A DNA stretch of 61,506 nt, filler included, from Sphacelaria rigidula (Eukaryota): assembly GCA_964200075.2 (NCBI GenBank). It is 6 parts of 6 records of this genome, joined end to end, with 100 filler letters (N's around TTAATTAATTAA, not from the genome) between each part and the next. Parts side by side here need not be neighbours in the genome. Positions count along the whole stretch, not along the records: positions 51,341 to 61,506 come from CAXNAA020007000.1; 5 more parts are not named here. One strand, 5' to 3'. The notes under the pieces are model-generated. The model saw only the letters and a list, made by a program, of their open reading frames with translations. It had not been told where the DNA came from and searched no databases. This document shows, in pieces, positions 59,101-61,506 of this stretch; position 1 is the stretch's first letter, and every line of letters starts with the position of its first letter. A program made the translations under genes and the position numbers.

Positions 59101-60426
59101 TATTGCGGCTGCGGGCACCAGAAGACCGGCAAAACCATGTGTGACGGAACCTATACTAAAATCAAGTTTGTACAATGAAATGCACCACGGTTAGGACGAC
59201 TCAAATCGTGATTAAACTCATTTTCATAATTCCTACGAATGAATCATACGATTCGTATATCATTTGTGATTTATACAGCCCCCCCCTTTTAATGAATTAA
59301 GGCGTGAATGGCATGCGTATGTATGTCATGTGTGAGTCGTTCGAGGTGAGCGCCCGTACATGTTTCCCACCTTCGGGTTAATGCGGGACCAACAGTCGGC
59401 ATATGGTTGAATCCTGCCATTTCATTTTCATGAGGCCTGAATCACGCGTACTTTTCTCCCATCTGTAATGCGCGCTAGATATCTGCACTGCATATGTTCT
59501 TCACCCTCGGATTCATGCGAGACGAATAGGATACTCCACAATATGTGTTCATCACGAGTTCCACATGTGTGTGAGCATGAGATGAATGATTCCTGCCGAA
59601 CGTGAATGGAGGTGCCGGAATATGTACACATGTACACGTACGAGGTGGAGATGGAGATGCCGATATGCCCCATGGCGATGGGCTTCGAATCTTTCATCAA
59701 AGATTCCGCGCCCCACGATCGCGCATTCTTCATTTTTCGTTCTTCCACCTTGAAAACGTAGCAATTTAGATAAAGGAAAGCTACGGTCGGCGAGGATGGT
59801 TGGGCACGCGTGCAACACCCGAACACCCGCCCCCACCTGTCACAACTATTTGTACTCCGGTTGACGTGATGGCATCAACAGCGGACGGGGAAGCTACCGA
59901 CAGCATATCATCACTTTCAGGATGTGCAGCTCCGCTGGTGGAGGACGATGGGGGTGAGGGTGAAGAGGAAGACCCCGAGTACGAGAATCAGGTGGGCCAG
60001 CATCTGTTGTCCTCGAGCATGGGAAACTAGAAGCTAGAAACTAGAAACTAGAATCTAGAGTCCATGTCCGTGTTTCATTCGTCTTGTGCGCTCGAGTCCG
60101 AGCGGTTTTGCAAGTGCGAAACCAAAGAAAAAGGAATACGGAGGATCTGCCTTGGTGTGTGCGTGAGTGTGGGCGTGTGTTAGGCCGGATGTTATGGGAC
60201 ACAGACTTTTGCCCCACGGATTGATCACTTTTGGGGCGTTTGAGCCACTTTTTGACCCCCAAACAGGAAAAATCGCCAACACACGTCTCGGACACTGTGC
60301 ATCACCCCACAGAGGAGCCTAGCCTACTTTTCAGATTCAGATTCGCATGGCTCCATCGTCTCCATCGTTTCGAGCTCCCCCCCCCGGAAGAATTTAGTAA
60401 TATTGGCTACGAATATGACTCTTGTC

Positions 60427-60665
60427 TAGGGCTGTGAACTGGACCAATTTGTACTGGCGCTTTAATTGGAACTGGAGTTTGAGTGAACTGGTGATGAGGA
60501 CTCCACTTTATCCAGTTTATTTGAAGTTTGCTGTTACCGGTTATGTTTATACCAATTTTAGTATAGTGACTTTATAACAAAGATGTTGACATTATTACGA
60601 ACAAAATGACAGTAGAATAGGAGCCCGCACCTCACAGCAATACAAGAACAGACAGTACTTGTGGT
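60427..60665 (+). mobile_element. End of a second copy of the hAT element at 24135-25446
   Basis: Starts TAGGGCTGTGAACTGG; colinear with the reverse complement of 25215-25446. Confidence 0.85.
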
Positions 60666-60704
60666 ACGAGGTGGGCCAGCCTGGAAGCGGCTTTGAAGTT
60701 TGCA

Positions 60705-60966
60705 GGCCTATTCGCAATTCAATACTTGGGATTGAACTCTAAAATTTGGTAAGGACAATCAAAAGGGTATGATGAAAAAATCATGCATGGACCATTTTTT
60801 TTCATGACTTCCCAGCATTTTACTGAAACCTGAAAACTGATTACTGCCTTCAACCCCTGAAAAAAAAACCTTCAAGCCCACGCACAACTTTTTCATCATG
60901 TTCTTTTGGATTGTCCACACCAAAATTTAGGGTCCAACTCCAAAAGTATTCCATCGCAAATGGGCC
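60705..60966. mobile_element. Degenerate MITE with ~80-bp imperfect TIRs (GGCC ends)
   Basis: ggcctattcgc..aatactt..ctaaaatttggt..ggacaatc..atgatgaaaaa versus its reverse complement at 60882-60966. Confidence 0.65.
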
Positions 60967-61336
60967 GTTTAACATCCGGGGCGGTGAAAATTCGCCAGAG
61001 TATTTTTGCATGCCACTTACCGGCTCACGCTTGGTGATTTGTGTACTGAAATTTTGGGTGAGTCATCGCTAGGACATAATGAACCCATAAAAGTGGTTTC
61101 CATTTTTTTTTCCGTCTTTCTTCACTGGTCTAGGGTTAGGGTTAATCGGTGAAAACTCAGAAAGCGAAGTACAAGGCCGCAAAGCACAAGGCCACCATGA
61201 CTGCAGCAAACAACCACCAGGGGTCGAACCCCTACAGATTTCCGTTGATCCGACTCGTGAAAGTGTTTGTGATCTGGAAACTGTGCGCTTTCTCCTTCGT
61301 GGACGACGCCAAGCTGAAGACGTTCTTCGCCACCGC

Positions 61337-61506
61337 GTGCCTGCCAGCATTCCCGCCATCCTTGTACCCGAGGCTCGTGAAGAAGGTGGTCGCCGAAGTA
61401 TACGCGGCGAAGATAAGACACTCGGGTAGTCTTCGCCGCGTTTACTTCGGCGACCACCTTCTTCACGAGCCTCGGGTACAAGGATGGCGGGAACGCTGGC
61501 AGGCAC
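61337..61506. repeat. Near-perfect inverted repeat (77-bp arms, 16-nt loop) within a hAT-transposase-like fragment, running to the contig end
   Basis: 61337-61413 pairs with 61430-61506 with 2 mismatches. A plus-strand frame from ~61220 reads RLVKVFVIWKLCAFSFVDDAKLKTFFATACLPAFPPSLYPRLVKKVVAEVYAAK. Confidence 0.9.

Noticed and set aside
61131-61143. Telomere (TAGGGTTAGGGTT)
   Set aside because: Only about two units and internal.

Overview
Eukaryotic DNA, most consistent with a brown alga (Phaeophyceae), judged from an EsV-1-7 repeat gene, intron-rich GT-AG genes and Ectocarpus-like LINE/SINE repeats. The window is not one locus. It is six contigs of 10169, 10169, 10168, 10168, 10166 and 10166 bp, apparently size-sorted and joined by identical 100-nt N44-TTAATTAATTAA-N44 spacers, so adjacency across spacers is uninformative. 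Contig 1 has a gene with 17 tandem 38-aa C-x4-C-x16-C-x2-H (EsV-1-7) repeats in one exon; the scaffold is conserved while positions 8-9 and 11-12 are hypervariable, reminiscent of a TALE/zinc-finger code. This is the most interesting signal. Contig 2 has an apparently intronless protein with about ten 32-aa repeats and a terminal atypical WW domain. Contig 3 has a multi-exon minus-strand gene of unknown function with an intronic hAT element. Contig 4 has the 3' part of a disordered protein with repeated GFFSGFG motifs, LINE 3' ends and a large inverted repeat carrying a MITE. Contig 5 has a stack of C-tailed retroelement ends and a PHD/AT-hook/PHD-C5HCH chromatin protein. Contig 6 is mostly decayed DNA transposons and hairpins. 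All gene models were built by eye; no database search was run.
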